DNA from: Escherichia phage V18
Sequence record: NC_041937.1
Direction: 5' to 3' (one strand)
DNA length: 64,000 nucleotides
Below, piece by piece: positions 8,781-18,636 of the stretch. Every line of letters begins with the position of its first letter. The stretch's first letter is position 1. A program made the translations under genes and the position numbers. A model generated the notes under the pieces. That model did no database searches, had not been told where the DNA came from, and saw only the letters and a program-made list of their open reading frames with translations.

Positions 8781-9394
8781 TGGATATTATTGTTCTTAAC
8801 GCCCCACCCAGCAGTGGTAAGGATCACATTGCAGATCTCTTGTTGGAAGCTATTCCTAACTCACACCACCGTGAGGTTAAGGAAATGCTCTTCAGTGTGG
8901 CAATTAAGGCAGCTGGTGTAACTCCTCAACTCTGGAATGCACTTTATGACCGCCACTACAAAGAAGAGCCTTGCCCTTTCTTAATGATAGACGGCAAGCA
9001 TGTTTCTCCGCGAGAATGGATGATCCATTGTAGTGAAAATCTGATTAAACCTATCTTTGGTGAAGATGCTTTCGGTAAAGCCGCAGTCGCATCTTTGAAG
9101 AAAGATTTCCCTGAAGGTAAAGGGGTTATTGTTTACTCCGATGGGGGATTCAAAGAGGAGCTGGCATGCCTTAGCGAGTACGCATACAGCACAGGTGGAG
9201 ATCTGTTGTTGTTCCGTATTCACCGTGTAGGATATGACTGGGGAAATGATTCCAGAACCTATCTAAGTCTGGAAAAGAACGGAATAAAAGGGGTTGAGTT
9301 TGATGTTGTAAACCCTGAAGGTGCACCTTGGGAGTGTGCATCGGAGATTGTGTGCAAGTATATTGATGTTAAAGAGGCCCAAGAAGAATGTTAA
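8780..9394 (+). CDS. P-loop kinase, possibly deoxynucleoside monophosphate kinase
   Basis: 204 aa; N-terminal Walker A-like LNAPPSSGKD; nucleotide-metabolism neighbourhood. Confidence 0.45.
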   Translation: MDIIVLNAPPSSGKDHIADLLLEAIPNSHHREVKEMLFSVAIKAAGVTPQLWNALYDRHYKEEPCPFLMIDGKHVSPREWMIHCSENLIKPIFGEDAFGKAAVASLKKDFPEGKGVIVYSDGGFKEELACLSEYAYSTGGDLLLFRIHRVGYDWGNDSRTYLSLEKNGIKGVEFDVVNPEGAPWECASEIVCKYIDVKEAQEEC

Positions 9395-9981
9395 TCGGAA
9401 TTGATGTAGATCTGACACTGGTAGATTCAGGAACAGCATGGTGGGAGTGGTTGGAGCGTTTGTATGGTCCAGCCAGTAAGACAGTAGCTAAACCTTCTAA
9501 TGGGCTAATGTATTACGATCTGTCAAAGTATTGGCCTGATCGTCCCAAAGAAAACATCATAGGACCTTTTGATTTCTGGAGTGATCCGTTCCTCTACGAC
9601 TTCCTTAAGCCTGAAGAGGGGGCTATTGAGGTTATGAAAGATTTGGTGGCTCGTGGTCACAAGCTTGCATTTATCTCGGTATGCAAGAAAGGTCACCTTG
9701 CATCTAAATCAAGGTTCTTAAAGCGTTGGACCAGTGATTTTATGGATCTGGACGACCACACCCAGGGCCACGGCTTCTACGCCACACATTTCAAAGGGAA
9801 TGTGGCTGTAGATGTTATAATTGACGACAGGCATGAATACCTGAACCAATTCGCTTCACGACCTGAAGTTATTAAAATCCTAAAAGATACGCCTTATGAG
9901 CAATTCGAGGAGTTAAAGGTCAGTGTTGACTATACCGCTAATAGCTGGTATAAAATAGGAAAATTTTTAGAAGGTATTTGA
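9388..9981 (+). CDS. HAD-superfamily phosphatase, possibly 5'(3')-deoxyribonucleotidase
   Basis: 197 aa; N-terminal IGIDVDLTLV (DxDxT motif I). Confidence 0.45.
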   Translation: MLIGIDVDLTLVDSGTAWWEWLERLYGPASKTVAKPSNGLMYYDLSKYWPDRPKENIIGPFDFWSDPFLYDFLKPEEGAIEVMKDLVARGHKLAFISVCKKGHLASKSRFLKRWTSDFMDLDDHTQGHGFYATHFKGNVAVDVIIDDRHEYLNQFASRPEVIKILKDTPYEQFEELKVSVDYTANSWYKIGKFLEGI

Positions 9982-9982
9982 A

Positions 9983-10183
9983 ATGGGCAGATGTTCTAAA
10001 GGTGGCGATCCTGTAGTCAGATATGGTGACTGGCTAGAGGTGTATGATCTAGAAGGTAAGCTAGTGTATGCCTCTAGGATCACCCAAGATATGTGCTCTG
10101 ACATGTTCAACAGATACCTTGCATTTAAGGCCAACATAAACCCAGACGAAATTTCCAAAATTAAAACAAGGAGAGCTAAATAA
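9983..10183 (+). CDS. hypothetical protein
   Basis: 66 aa ORF coupled to thyX. Confidence 0.3.
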   Translation: MGRCSKGGDPVVRYGDWLEVYDLEGKLVYASRITQDMCSDMFNRYLAFKANINPDEISKIKTRRAK

Positions 10184-11166
10184 TGCTAAAACTGTGCACT
10201 GCAAAGATTATTGCTGACAGCATTTCCGAGAAAGGTAAGCGTATCACCACTTTTGAACTAGAGTATCCTCGAATTATTCACTCAGAGCTTATGACGCACC
10301 GAGTGTTCAGCCGAAACGCCATGTCTTCCCGTGCAGTACCTGTCGGCAAGATGCTGCAACAGATTGTGGAGAATCCGGCAATGCCAGTTCGCTTCGGTGT
10401 AAATAAGCGAGGAATGGAAGATGGTGGGGAACACGATCAAAAGATCCGTGTAGAGTACACTGACATGGAGCTAACTCCTGAAGAGTTTTGGAAAGAAGCT
10501 GCAAAAAACGCCGCTTGGCATGCAGAGAAGTTCGCCCTTGCTGGTTACCATAAGCAAGTATGTAACCGCTTAGTGGAGCCGTTCCAGCGCATGAAAACAG
10601 TTGTAACAAGCACCGAGTGGAATAATTTTTTCCACCTCCGTTGCTGGCACGATGCGGATCCTACGATTCAGATGTTAGCTAATTGTATGTGGGAGGCTCT
10701 TGAGAATAGCACTCCTGAAATCCTTAAACCGGGTCAATGGCACACCCCATATGTAGAGCACGTTTATTTGGACGGAGAGTTTAACTACGCTGTACGTGAC
10801 ACAGAAGGAAAGCTTTGCATTCTCGATACTAAAGAAGCTCTGTCTATCAGTGCTAGTTGCTGTGCACAAGTATCTTATCGAAATATTGACAGCACGTTTG
10901 AAAAGGCAGATAGTGTTGCTAAAAAATTGATTGGTGGGGATCGTATTCATGCAAGCCCTTACGAGCACCAGGCAACACCTATGGATCACGATAATGCAAT
11001 GGAACGTTTAAACTACTACCTGTCTTCATGTGAAATCACACAAGACATCAGTACTTGGCAGGAAGGTGTAACCCATCAAGACCGTGATGGTAAATTCTGG
11101 TCTGCCAACTTTTGTGGGTGGGTTCAGCACAGACAACTGCTTAATAACCACTTCGTGAAAGGTTAA
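10183..11166 (+). CDS. thyX: flavin-dependent thymidylate synthase ThyX
   Basis: 327 aa; ThyX signature RHR-x7-S-x-R seen as MTHRVFSRNAMSSRA. Confidence 0.8.
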   Translation: MLKLCTAKIIADSISEKGKRITTFELEYPRIIHSELMTHRVFSRNAMSSRAVPVGKMLQQIVENPAMPVRFGVNKRGMEDGGEHDQKIRVEYTDMELTPEEFWKEAAKNAAWHAEKFALAGYHKQVCNRLVEPFQRMKTVVTSTEWNNFFHLRCWHDADPTIQMLANCMWEALENSTPEILKPGQWHTPYVEHVYLDGEFNYAVRDTEGKLCILDTKEALSISASCCAQVSYRNIDSTFEKADSVAKKLIGGDRIHASPYEHQATPMDHDNAMERLNYYLSSCEITQDISTWQEGVTHQDRDGKFWSANFCGWVQHRQLLNNHFVKG

Positions 11167-11195
11167 TCCTATCACAGCGATAGGTAACTTTTGTG

Positions 11196-11224
11196 TTGAC
11201 TAATAGTATCAGATAATCTATAAT
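11196..11224 (+). promoter_or_regulatory. sigma70-like promoter (TTGACT-17-TATAAT)
   Basis: -35 at 11196-11201, -10 at 11219-11224. Confidence 0.6.
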
Positions 11225-11264
11225 AATGGCTCACTTTGTTAGTGAGCCAGAAATGGAGACAGAT

Positions 11265-11726
11265 ATGAGTAATGTTATGATTCCTAAAAAGACATTTATT
11301 TCAGTTACTTTGGATTTCCTATCTACCGTTCCAGGGTTTAACGTTCGCACACGAAACGGTCTCCGAGCTGCACTCTTTGCCGTAGGGTTTGATTTAAAAA
11401 GTATTGATGTTCTTCGTGGAAAAAACGTTCGATGCAAAAATAAGCCAACACATTATCGAAAGGCAGATGTATTTGCTGGTGTCATGCGTGCAGACTTTAG
11501 ATACCCGCAAATGTATAACGGTGTAGATATTTTAGATGTAGATAAAGCACCCGGTGAGGCAATGCTTGTTCAAGATCTTCCGTATGATATCCCTGTAGAG
11601 GATCGTGTTAATGTAAGAAAGTATACAAAACAATCTGAAAAGGCTGAAGATATTCATATTGTTGATGAACCTTTCAATTTTGAAGATCTGCATCGCCTGG
11701 AAAAATTATTCGGTATTGAAAGCTAA
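11265..11726 (+). CDS. hypothetical protein
   Basis: ORF frame opens at 11226 directly after the -10 box; first RBS-preceded ATG is 11265. Confidence 0.4.
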   Translation: MSNVMIPKKTFISVTLDFLSTVPGFNVRTRNGLRAALFAVGFDLKSIDVLRGKNVRCKNKPTHYRKADVFAGVMRADFRYPQMYNGVDILDVDKAPGEAMLVQDLPYDIPVEDRVNVRKYTKQSEKAEDIHIVDEPFNFEDLHRLEKLFGIES

Positions 11727-11736
11727 GGTGGTGAAG

Positions 11737-11967
11737 ATGAGTCATAACTCCAAGTGGAAGGATCTTGGTTTTGCAAGTCGGGCAGAGTATGTTGGTTGGC
11801 TTTGGTTCAACGGCCTGACAAACGATATTAAAATGTATGATGATGTTTATTATGACGAGTATACAGGTAAAATTATAAATATCTCTGTAGAAGAGGATAC
11901 CTTTATCCAGCAAGATACTGATACCTGCCTTGATAAATACGTTAATGAAGTGGAGGAAGCAAATTGA
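11737..11967 (+). CDS. hypothetical protein
   Basis: RBS AAGGTGGTG before ATG 11737; stop overlaps nrdA start. Confidence 0.35.
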   Translation: MSHNSKWKDLGFASRAEYVGWLWFNGLTNDIKMYDDVYYDEYTGKIINISVEEDTFIQQDTDTCLDKYVNEVEEAN

Positions 11968-14279
11968 TCACCAAGGTAATTAAAAGCAACGGATGTGAAG
12001 TGGCATTCGATCCAGAACGTTTAAATAAGGCAGCTATTTTCGGTGACGACGGTAACGGCAATTGGTCACATATTGCACTGGATGCCTACAAGCGGTTGTA
12101 TGATGGATGTACAACCAAAGAAGTTAACCAAGCTATTATAGACTCTTGTGTTAGCCGTAAAGACGAAGCACATTCCCGTATGGCTGGTCGTGTTCTTATT
12201 GGTCAGATCTATAAAGAGGCTTTTGGAGGGTTTACAAAGATCCCTTCCTTACCATCATTTTACAATGACATGGTTGAGAAAGGTTATTGGGAGGATATGG
12301 GTTATAGCTTTACCGAGCTAAACACTTTAGACGCTGTTATTGACCACAGTAAAGATCTCGGTTATGGCTATGCAGTCCTTAAACAGTTTCGCGACAAATA
12401 CGGGATCAAGGATACTCTTAAAGACACCTTGTTTGAATCTCCCCAGATGATGTTTATGGGGATAGCAATGGCTGTCATGAAGAATATGCCGAAAGAACGT
12501 CGTATCAACGATGTTGTAAAATTATACACTTATCTGTCCGACTTAAAGATCAATGCCCCGACACCGTACTTAAACGGGCTGCGCACAGGTAAGACAGGGT
12601 ATGCATCTTGTTGTGTAATAAAAGCTGACGATACAGCAAAATCTATTGGTGTGGCACGTGAAGTTGCGTACACAATGACGGTTAACCAAGCAGGTATCGG
12701 CTACTACTTATCCTCAAGATCTGCAGGCGATGGTGTTCGTGGTAACACTATTAAACATATGGGTAAGATTCCATATTATCGAGGTATTGATGCTGGTGTT
12801 AAGGAGAACAGACAACAATCACGTGGCGGTTCTGCAACAGTATCATTCCTTGCACTGGACCCGCAGATTGATGAGCTAATCCGTTTGAGAAACCCTATGA
12901 CTGTTGCTTCAAAAAGAATCAACACCATGGACTACTCCATCGGTATTAATAGGTCGTTTATCAACCGTGTGGCTAAGAATTTAGATTGGATGCTTGTTTC
13001 TTATAAGCACGCTCCTCAACTGCATGAGGGTATCTTCACCATGTCTATGGAGGAGTTCGATGCAGAGGTTGAGCGTATTGCTAAAGATGACAGTATTCCT
13101 AAGACATGGATCCGGGCTAGAGATCTTGCTGTTGAGCTGATCACGCAGCGTACTGAGGTGGGAAGACTGTACGTATACTGGACAGATGAGATGAATAGAC
13201 ATACACCTTTTAAAGATGTGATCTATTCAAGCAACCTGTGTGCAGAAATAGCCCTCCCGACAAAAGGCTATTCAGATATGCGTAATATCTTCAAGTACGA
13301 TGTTGATGATGGTGAGGTTGCATTGTGCTTCCTGTCATCTCTTGTAGCTGGAAGGGTTACCCCAGAGGAGTATGAGGATGTTGCATACTACACGGTGCTT
13401 ATGATTGACAATGTTATGGAAATCATGACATATCCGTATGAAAACATGGAGAGTACTGTTAAAAAACGCAGATCCATCGGGGTTGGCCTTACCAATGTTG
13501 CACATTTTATTGCCAGCCACAAGGTTACTTACGGATCTCCTGAAAGTAAACAGCTTGTTCACGATCTTGCAGAACTTCACAGCTACAGCTTGCATAAGGC
13601 AAGTTTACGGTTGGCAAAAGAGCGTGGTGTCTGCGAGTGGATGTATAAAACAAAATATCCAGAAGGTTGGTTACCAATCGACACTTATAACAAAGAGGTC
13701 GATAGTGTGGTGAAAGATCCTTCTCTTAAACAGGATTGGGAAGGGTTACGTAAAGAAATCATTGAAAATGGTGGGCTACGTAATAGCGTTCTTGAAGCAT
13801 ATATGCCTAATGAAAGCTCTTCGCTGGCAACAAACACCACTAACGGGGTTTATCCTGTCCGTGAGCACATTATCTTTAAAAAGTCGCCACAAGGGCAGGT
13901 GCTGTTTATCGTTCCTGAATACGATGAGTTGAAAGAGTATTACACTTCGGCTTGGGACGTTGATACTAACGACATGATCGATATGTATGCTGTGATTCAA
14001 AAATTCACAGGTCAGGCAATCAGCGCGGATTTATACATAGACTACACCAAGTTGAAAGATGGTAAAATTTCAATGAAGGAGCAGCTAGGGTACCTTATCC
14101 GTGCCACTAAATTCGGGATGAAGACATGGTATTATTTAAACTCTAGGGTTGGTGCTGGTGACTCCTTGGCAGAGGAACTTCATGCCAAGAAACAGGCTGA
14201 AGATGAAACCAGAAAGAACTATCCTTTGATTGCAGATAGTTCAGTTGAAGATCCGTATTGCGAAAGTTGTGCACTATAA
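11964..14279 (+). CDS. nrdA: ribonucleoside-diphosphate reductase large subunit (class Ia)
   Basis: 771 aa; N-terminal ATP-cone, active-site NLCAEI, C-terminal CESCAL. Confidence 0.9.
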   Translation: MITKVIKSNGCEVAFDPERLNKAAIFGDDGNGNWSHIALDAYKRLYDGCTTKEVNQAIIDSCVSRKDEAHSRMAGRVLIGQIYKEAFGGFTKIPSLPSFYNDMVEKGYWEDMGYSFTELNTLDAVIDHSKDLGYGYAVLKQFRDKYGIKDTLKDTLFESPQMMFMGIAMAVMKNMPKERRINDVVKLYTYLSDLKINAPTPYLNGLRTGKTGYASCCVIKADDTAKSIGVAREVAYTMTVNQAGIGYYLSSRSAGDGVRGNTIKHMGKIPYYRGIDAGVKENRQQSRGGSATVSFLALDPQIDELIRLRNPMTVASKRINTMDYSIGINRSFINRVAKNLDWMLVSYKHAPQLHEGIFTMSMEEFDAEVERIAKDDSIPKTWIRARDLAVELITQRTEVGRLYVYWTDEMNRHTPFKDVIYSSNLCAEIALPTKGYSDMRNIFKYDVDDGEVALCFLSSLVAGRVTPEEYEDVAYYTVLMIDNVMEIMTYPYENMESTVKKRRSIGVGLTNVAHFIASHKVTYGSPESKQLVHDLAELHSYSLHKASLRLAKERGVCEWMYKTKYPEGWLPIDTYNKEVDSVVKDPSLKQDWEGLRKEIIENGGLRNSVLEAYMPNESSSLATNTTNGVYPVREHIIFKKSPQGQVLFIVPEYDELKEYYTSAWDVDTNDMIDMYAVIQKFTGQAISADLYIDYTKLKDGKISMKEQLGYLIRATKFGMKTWYYLNSRVGAGDSLAEELHAKKQAEDETRKNYPLIADSSVEDPYCESCAL

Positions 14280-14283
14280 TTTT

Positions 14284-14306
14284 AAAGGGGCTTCGGCCCC
14301 ATTTTA
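14284..14306 (+). terminator. intrinsic terminator
   Basis: ggggc-ttcg-gcccc hairpin then atttt. Confidence 0.6.
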
Positions 14307-14318
14307 GAGGTTAGAATA

Positions 14319-15407
14319 ATGGCTGTATTTAATGCTGAGAACACCGCTCATAAAACTGGTGACTATCCGCTGTTTTTAGGACAGCAAATGGGTATGTACG
14401 ACTCTATCAACAAAAAATATCCACAACTGTTTGAACTATACAAAAAACAAAAAGAACAAGATTGGGCAGAGGATGAAGTGGATTTGTCGCAATCTATTTC
14501 AGATTTTGTAACATGCTCAAAGTCAACTTATGACGTGATGGTACAGACCTTGATGTGGCAATGGGAGGCTGATAGCGTTGCGGCAAGATCGATCATCTGC
14601 CTCTTTTCACCGTTCATCACTAATAGTGAGCTTTTCACTCTATTGATGAAACAGTCGGAGATTGAAGTTCTTCACGCACTAACTTACTCAGAGATTGTTA
14701 GACAATGCCTCCCCAATGCCCGTGAGATTATAGAAGAGATTCAGGAAAACCAAAACGTTCTGAGCAGATCCGGTGTTATTGTCAAATACATGCAAGAGCT
14801 AGAGGTTATTGGTGCAAAATACCGACTGGATCCTTCTAGTGTTGAAGAAGATGTTGTGCGGAAATGCATTCTTAGAGCGCTTTTTGCACTTTTAGCTCTG
14901 GAAAGTATTGAGTTTATTGCAAGTTTTGCATGCACTTTCGCAGTAGCTGAACAGGGTATCTTTGTTCAGGTGGCGCAGCTTGTTCAAAAAATCATGCTTG
15001 ACGAAATGCTACATTCGAAAGGTGATTTTGCCATCATTGATATCTTGCTTAACGATCCCGCATGGGAGAAAAGCTTCCTGGAGATAAAAGGGGAGTTAAA
15101 AGAGATTCTTGATGAAGTACGAACCAAAGAGTACGGTTGGAGTGACTATATTTTCAGCGAAGGAAGAGCGATTATAGGTCTTAACTCACCGTTGCTTAAA
15201 GAATGGGTTGACTATAACTGCTCACCGATTTATGATTACTACGACATCGACAAAGACTTTGTGCCGCCAACAAAGGACCCGCTACCGTTTATGCAGGTGT
15301 GGATGAAACCTTCATTGCAACAGACGGCGAACCAAGAAATGTCGAACACTGACTACCGCGTCAACACAACTGTTAACGACGCTGAAGAAGAAATTTGGGA
15401 GTTTTAA
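14319..15407 (+). CDS. nrdB: ribonucleoside-diphosphate reductase small subunit
   Basis: 362 aa; follows nrdA; iron-ligand helix pattern (ESIEFIASFACTF). Confidence 0.85.
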   Translation: MAVFNAENTAHKTGDYPLFLGQQMGMYDSINKKYPQLFELYKKQKEQDWAEDEVDLSQSISDFVTCSKSTYDVMVQTLMWQWEADSVAARSIICLFSPFITNSELFTLLMKQSEIEVLHALTYSEIVRQCLPNAREIIEEIQENQNVLSRSGVIVKYMQELEVIGAKYRLDPSSVEEDVVRKCILRALFALLALESIEFIASFACTFAVAEQGIFVQVAQLVQKIMLDEMLHSKGDFAIIDILLNDPAWEKSFLEIKGELKEILDEVRTKEYGWSDYIFSEGRAIIGLNSPLLKEWVDYNCSPIYDYYDIDKDFVPPTKDPLPFMQVWMKPSLQQTANQEMSNTDYRVNTTVNDAEEEIWEF

Positions 15408-15410
15408 TAT

Positions 15411-15689
15411 ATGAGCTGCGAAAAATCTTTTTTCATCATCATTTACGGTAAGGATAACTGCCCACACTGTGTCAGAGCAAAAGAATTTGCAATCAGCAAA
15501 GGTCTGCCTTTTGTATATAAGACACTTGGCGATGGCTACACAAAAGAAGAGCTTATTGAGAAGTGTAGTCCAATTGTCCCCAGAACGTTGCCGCAGATCT
15601 TCTTAGAAAGCGATCTTGACAGTATCCATATAGGCGGTGCCGACGATTTCATCTCTTTTGTTAAGAATGGTTTTGGAGAGAAAAAGTGA
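15411..15689 (+). CDS. glutaredoxin-like protein (NrdH/NrdC-type)
   Basis: 92 aa; CPHC redox motif near N-terminus. Confidence 0.75.
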   Translation: MSCEKSFFIIIYGKDNCPHCVRAKEFAISKGLPFVYKTLGDGYTKEELIEKCSPIVPRTLPQIFLESDLDSIHIGGADDFISFVKNGFGEKK

Positions 15690-16597
15690 AAGTTGTAAAA
15701 CGGGACGGTAGAGAAGAGTTCTATAACGGAATTAAGGTGATCAAGGCGGCAGAGTCCGCCTTACTTGAGTCTGGACATACTGAAGAAGAAGCTTACCGGA
15801 TCGCCTGCGCGGTTAATGAAGTTGTTGCTAACAATCTACCAACCGACCAGTGCACGATCTCTGTAAAAAATATCCATATCCTTGTTGAAGATGCTCTTAT
15901 GGATATGGGTTTAAAATGTGCAGCCAGAGAATACATCCAGTATAGACAGACAAGAGATAATAACAGAGAGGCAGGTGGAAAACTGCTTGCAGATATTAGT
16001 GGCTTCTTGGATCGAACTTGTGATGAATTTACAAAAGAAAACGCAAATAAGCCCACTAATCATGTACACACTCATCGTGACCTGCTTGCAGGCATCCTTA
16101 GCAAACACCTTGCATCAACACAGATCCTGCCAGACCGTGTTTCAGAAGAGCACAATAAAGGCTTCATCCATGTGCATGATCTTGACTACTTGATCAGTCC
16201 GTTAACAAACTGTTGTTTGGTAAATTATCCAGATATGTTGGAAAACGGATTCAACATTGGCAACGCCCATGTCAGTAAGCCGAAGTCAATAGGGGTTGCA
16301 ACAACAATCCTTAGCCAAATCTCTAGTGCGGTAGCTAGTGCTCAATATGGTGGTCAGACTATGAGCCATATTGATCATTATCTGGCACAGTATGCTGAAG
16401 CGACCTATGAGAAGAACCTTAAATTTTGCCAGGAACATTGGTTGCCAGATGCTGAGACTGTTGCAATGCAAATGACAGATAAAGACGTGTTTGACAGCAT
16501 GCAGACGTTGCTTTATCAGATCAACACACTAACCTCGGTAAACGGTAACCCCTTTTATCACATTAAGTTTAGGTTTGGACACTTCGGTCTTTGGTAG
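15686..16597 (+). CDS. nrdD: anaerobic ribonucleoside-triphosphate reductase, N-terminal segment
   Basis: ATP-cone N-terminus and NrdD-like body; frame lost near 16547, the last residues before the stop are out-of-frame. Confidence 0.8.
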   Translation: MKVVKRDGREEFYNGIKVIKAAESALLESGHTEEEAYRIACAVNEVVANNLPTDQCTISVKNIHILVEDALMDMGLKCAAREYIQYRQTRDNNREAGGKLLADISGFLDRTCDEFTKENANKPTNHVHTHRDLLAGILSKHLASTQILPDRVSEEHNKGFIHVHDLDYLISPLTNCCLVNYPDMLENGFNIGNAHVSKPKSIGVATTILSQISSAVASAQYGGQTMSHIDHYLAQYAEATYEKNLKFCQEHWLPDAETVAMQMTDKDVFDSMQTLLYQINTLTSVNGNPFYHIKFRFGHFGLW

Positions 16598-16796
16598 AAT
16601 GATTACCAAAAACTACCTGAAAGTCCACAAAATGGGTCTTGGTGAAGAACGTATTACACCTGTGTTCCCTAAAGTGCTGTTCTTCCTAGAAGAGGGTGTC
16701 AACATGAACCCTGGGGATCCTAACTACGATTTGAAACGATTAGCTCTGGAATGCTGTGCAGAACGTATCTACCTGACTTCGTATCTGTACCACTAA
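16575..16796 (+). CDS. nrdD: anaerobic ribonucleoside-triphosphate reductase, internal segment in a second frame
   Basis: GLGEERITPVFPK...GDPNYDLKRLALEC matches the NrdD core; frame lost again near 16773 and 16843. Confidence 0.6.
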   Translation: MDTSVFGRMITKNYLKVHKMGLGEERITPVFPKVLFFLEEGVNMNPGDPNYDLKRLALECCAERIYLTSYLYH

Positions 16797-16941
16797 ATAG
16801 AAAAGTGACAGGCTCGACAGATGGCAAAGTAACGAGCATGGGATATGTAGAAGTTTCTTATCGAAATATAGCGACCCTGTAACAGGCGAGGAGAAATACC
16901 TTGGCAGATTTAACTTAGGCGTTGTTAGCCTTAACCTGCCA

Positions 16942-17808
16942 ATGATTGCGGCAAAAGCTAAGACGGAAGGTGTTGATTTCTTTGCAGTTCTTGACGAATA
17001 CTTGGATCTTGCATACGAGGCTCACCTTGTAAGGGTTAATCGTCTAAAAGGAACAAAGGCGGGGCAGAACCCCATCATGTGGTGTGAAGGCGCTCTTGCT
17101 CGCCTGGATCCCGAAGAGAGTATTGATAAACTCTTCTATGACGGGTACGCTTCCATCAGTATTGGGTATATCGGTGTGTATGAAACCTGTCAGATTTTGG
17201 GTAGAGAAGGCGACAAGGCTTTAGCTCTTGGAATCCTTCAGCACATGAGAGATGCTTGTGAGCGATACAAGAAGGAAAGTAGACTAGCATTTAGCTTGTA
17301 CGGCACTCCTTCTGAGAGTCTATGCTATAAAGCTGCAACCTGTCTGGATCGTGAATATCCGGAAGTGTTGAAGCACGAGCATGAATATCTCACCAACAGT
17401 TTCCATCAGCCAGTATGGATAAATAGCTCTCCTTTTGATAAGTGGGAGTATGAGGAAGGTTTTGCTATGATCTCCTCTGGTGGCAACATCGGATACGTAG
17501 AGACACCTAACCTGAAAAACAACCTGGATGCTTTAGAGGCCCTTGTTGACTTCGGGTATAAACACATTATGTATTTTGGTATTAACCAACCTGTAGATAA
17601 ATGTCTCAAGTGTGGTTTCTCTGGTGAGTTCAGTGCAACAGCTAAAGGCTTTGTATGCCCAGAGTGTGGAAACCATGAAGAGGGAACGATCAGTGTAATT
17701 CGACGTGTGTCTGGATACCTTTCCAGTCCTAACTCCCGTCCTTACAATAAAGGTAAGCAAGCGGAAGTTATCGAGCGAGTTAAGCACTACGGAAGTTGTG
17801 GTTGCTGA
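16942..17808 (+). CDS. nrdD: anaerobic ribonucleoside-triphosphate reductase, C-terminal segment
   Basis: CLKCGF...CPECG zinc site and glycyl-radical region IRRVSGYL. Confidence 0.8.
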   Translation: MIAAKAKTEGVDFFAVLDEYLDLAYEAHLVRVNRLKGTKAGQNPIMWCEGALARLDPEESIDKLFYDGYASISIGYIGVYETCQILGREGDKALALGILQHMRDACERYKKESRLAFSLYGTPSESLCYKAATCLDREYPEVLKHEHEYLTNSFHQPVWINSSPFDKWEYEEGFAMISSGGNIGYVETPNLKNNLDALEALVDFGYKHIMYFGINQPVDKCLKCGFSGEFSATAKGFVCPECGNHEEGTISVIRRVSGYLSSPNSRPYNKGKQAEVIERVKHYGSCGC

Positions 17809-17871
17809 TTCTTGACAAAAGCCACAAGGATGTGGCATATTATTGACACACAGTGAGCTAGGAGGTGCAGT

Positions 17872-17988
17872 ATGTCATCAGGTATTTATAAAATTTGCAA
17901 GTGTGGTTGTCGTTGCAATCTTCGTTGGTGCAAGGCACTAGACGATTTTATTTGGCATTGCCCTAAATGTGATGCGGAGTATCTATGA
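17872..17988 (+). CDS. small cysteine-rich protein (38 aa)
   Basis: GGAGG RBS; MSSGIYKICKCGCRCNLRWCKALDDFIWHCPKCDAEYL; ATGA overlap with nrdG. Confidence 0.3.
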   Translation: MSSGIYKICKCGCRCNLRWCKALDDFIWHCPKCDAEYL

Positions 17989-18458
17989 ACATTGTCGGAT
18001 ACACAGAAATATCTTACACCGAAGGGCCAGGTATTAGAACTGCCTTGTGGGTATCTGGGTGCCCACACGCTTGCCCTGGTTGCTTTAATCAGGCATTTTG
18101 GTCAAAAGATAAGGGGAGGGAGTTCACTGAAGAAGATTTGCAAAAAATCTTGTCAGATTTAGATAACCTGTCTGTGTGCGGTATCTCTCTGCTGGGTGGA
18201 GAACCCTTAGCATACTATAATGAGCCAGATATTATTAGCCTGATGGAGAAAATTAAGGAAAAATTTGGTGACAAGAAAACTATTCTTGTATATACTGGGT
18301 TCACATTTGACCATATCTCTAGTGATGTTCTTAAACTGGCTGATATCATCATTGACGGTAAGTATGTAAAAGATTTACCAACCAAGAAACCGTTCCGAGG
18401 CAGCGATAACCAAAGAATGTTTAAAAAAGTAGCAGGCGGTTGGGTTCAGGTAGACTAG
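17985..18458 (+). CDS. nrdG: anaerobic ribonucleotide reductase activating protein (radical SAM)
   Basis: 157 aa; CPHACPGC cluster near N-terminus. Confidence 0.85.
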   Translation: MNIVGYTEISYTEGPGIRTALWVSGCPHACPGCFNQAFWSKDKGREFTEEDLQKILSDLDNLSVCGISLLGGEPLAYYNEPDIISLMEKIKEKFGDKKTILVYTGFTFDHISSDVLKLADIIIDGKYVKDLPTKKPFRGSDNQRMFKKVAGGWVQVD

Positions 18459-18461
18459 TTG

Positions 18462-18491
18462 TTGACAAAGCTTGGTTTAGATAGGTATAAT
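18462..18491 (+). promoter_or_regulatory. sigma70-like promoter (TTGACA-18-TATAAT)
   Basis: -35 at 18462-18467, -10 at 18486-18491. Confidence 0.6.
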
Positions 18492-18522
18492 TATCGTAAA
18501 ATGAAAGCAGAGGAGGTGCCAA

Positions 18523-18636
18523 ATGGCTAAAAAAGCCTTGAAGAAGGCGTACAAAAAAGAGATTGCGCTTGAGCTTAAGAAAAAACACAAGCGTGAAAAG
18601 AAACATCATGAAGATGAAGAGGGGGTGCAACAGTGA
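18523..18636 (+). CDS. small lysine-rich protein (37 aa)
   Basis: GAGGAGG RBS 7 nt upstream; MAKKALKKAYKKEIALELKKKHKREKKHHEDEEGVQQ. Confidence 0.3.
   Translation: MAKKALKKAYKKEIALELKKKHKREKKHHEDEEGVQQ

Noticed and set aside
16545-16942. Group I intron in nrdD, as in phage T4
   Set aside because: All three gaps are frame changes between directly abutting coding segments; there is no inserted block of several hundred nucleotides, and the 146-nt stretch 16797-16941 translates as NrdD in other frames.
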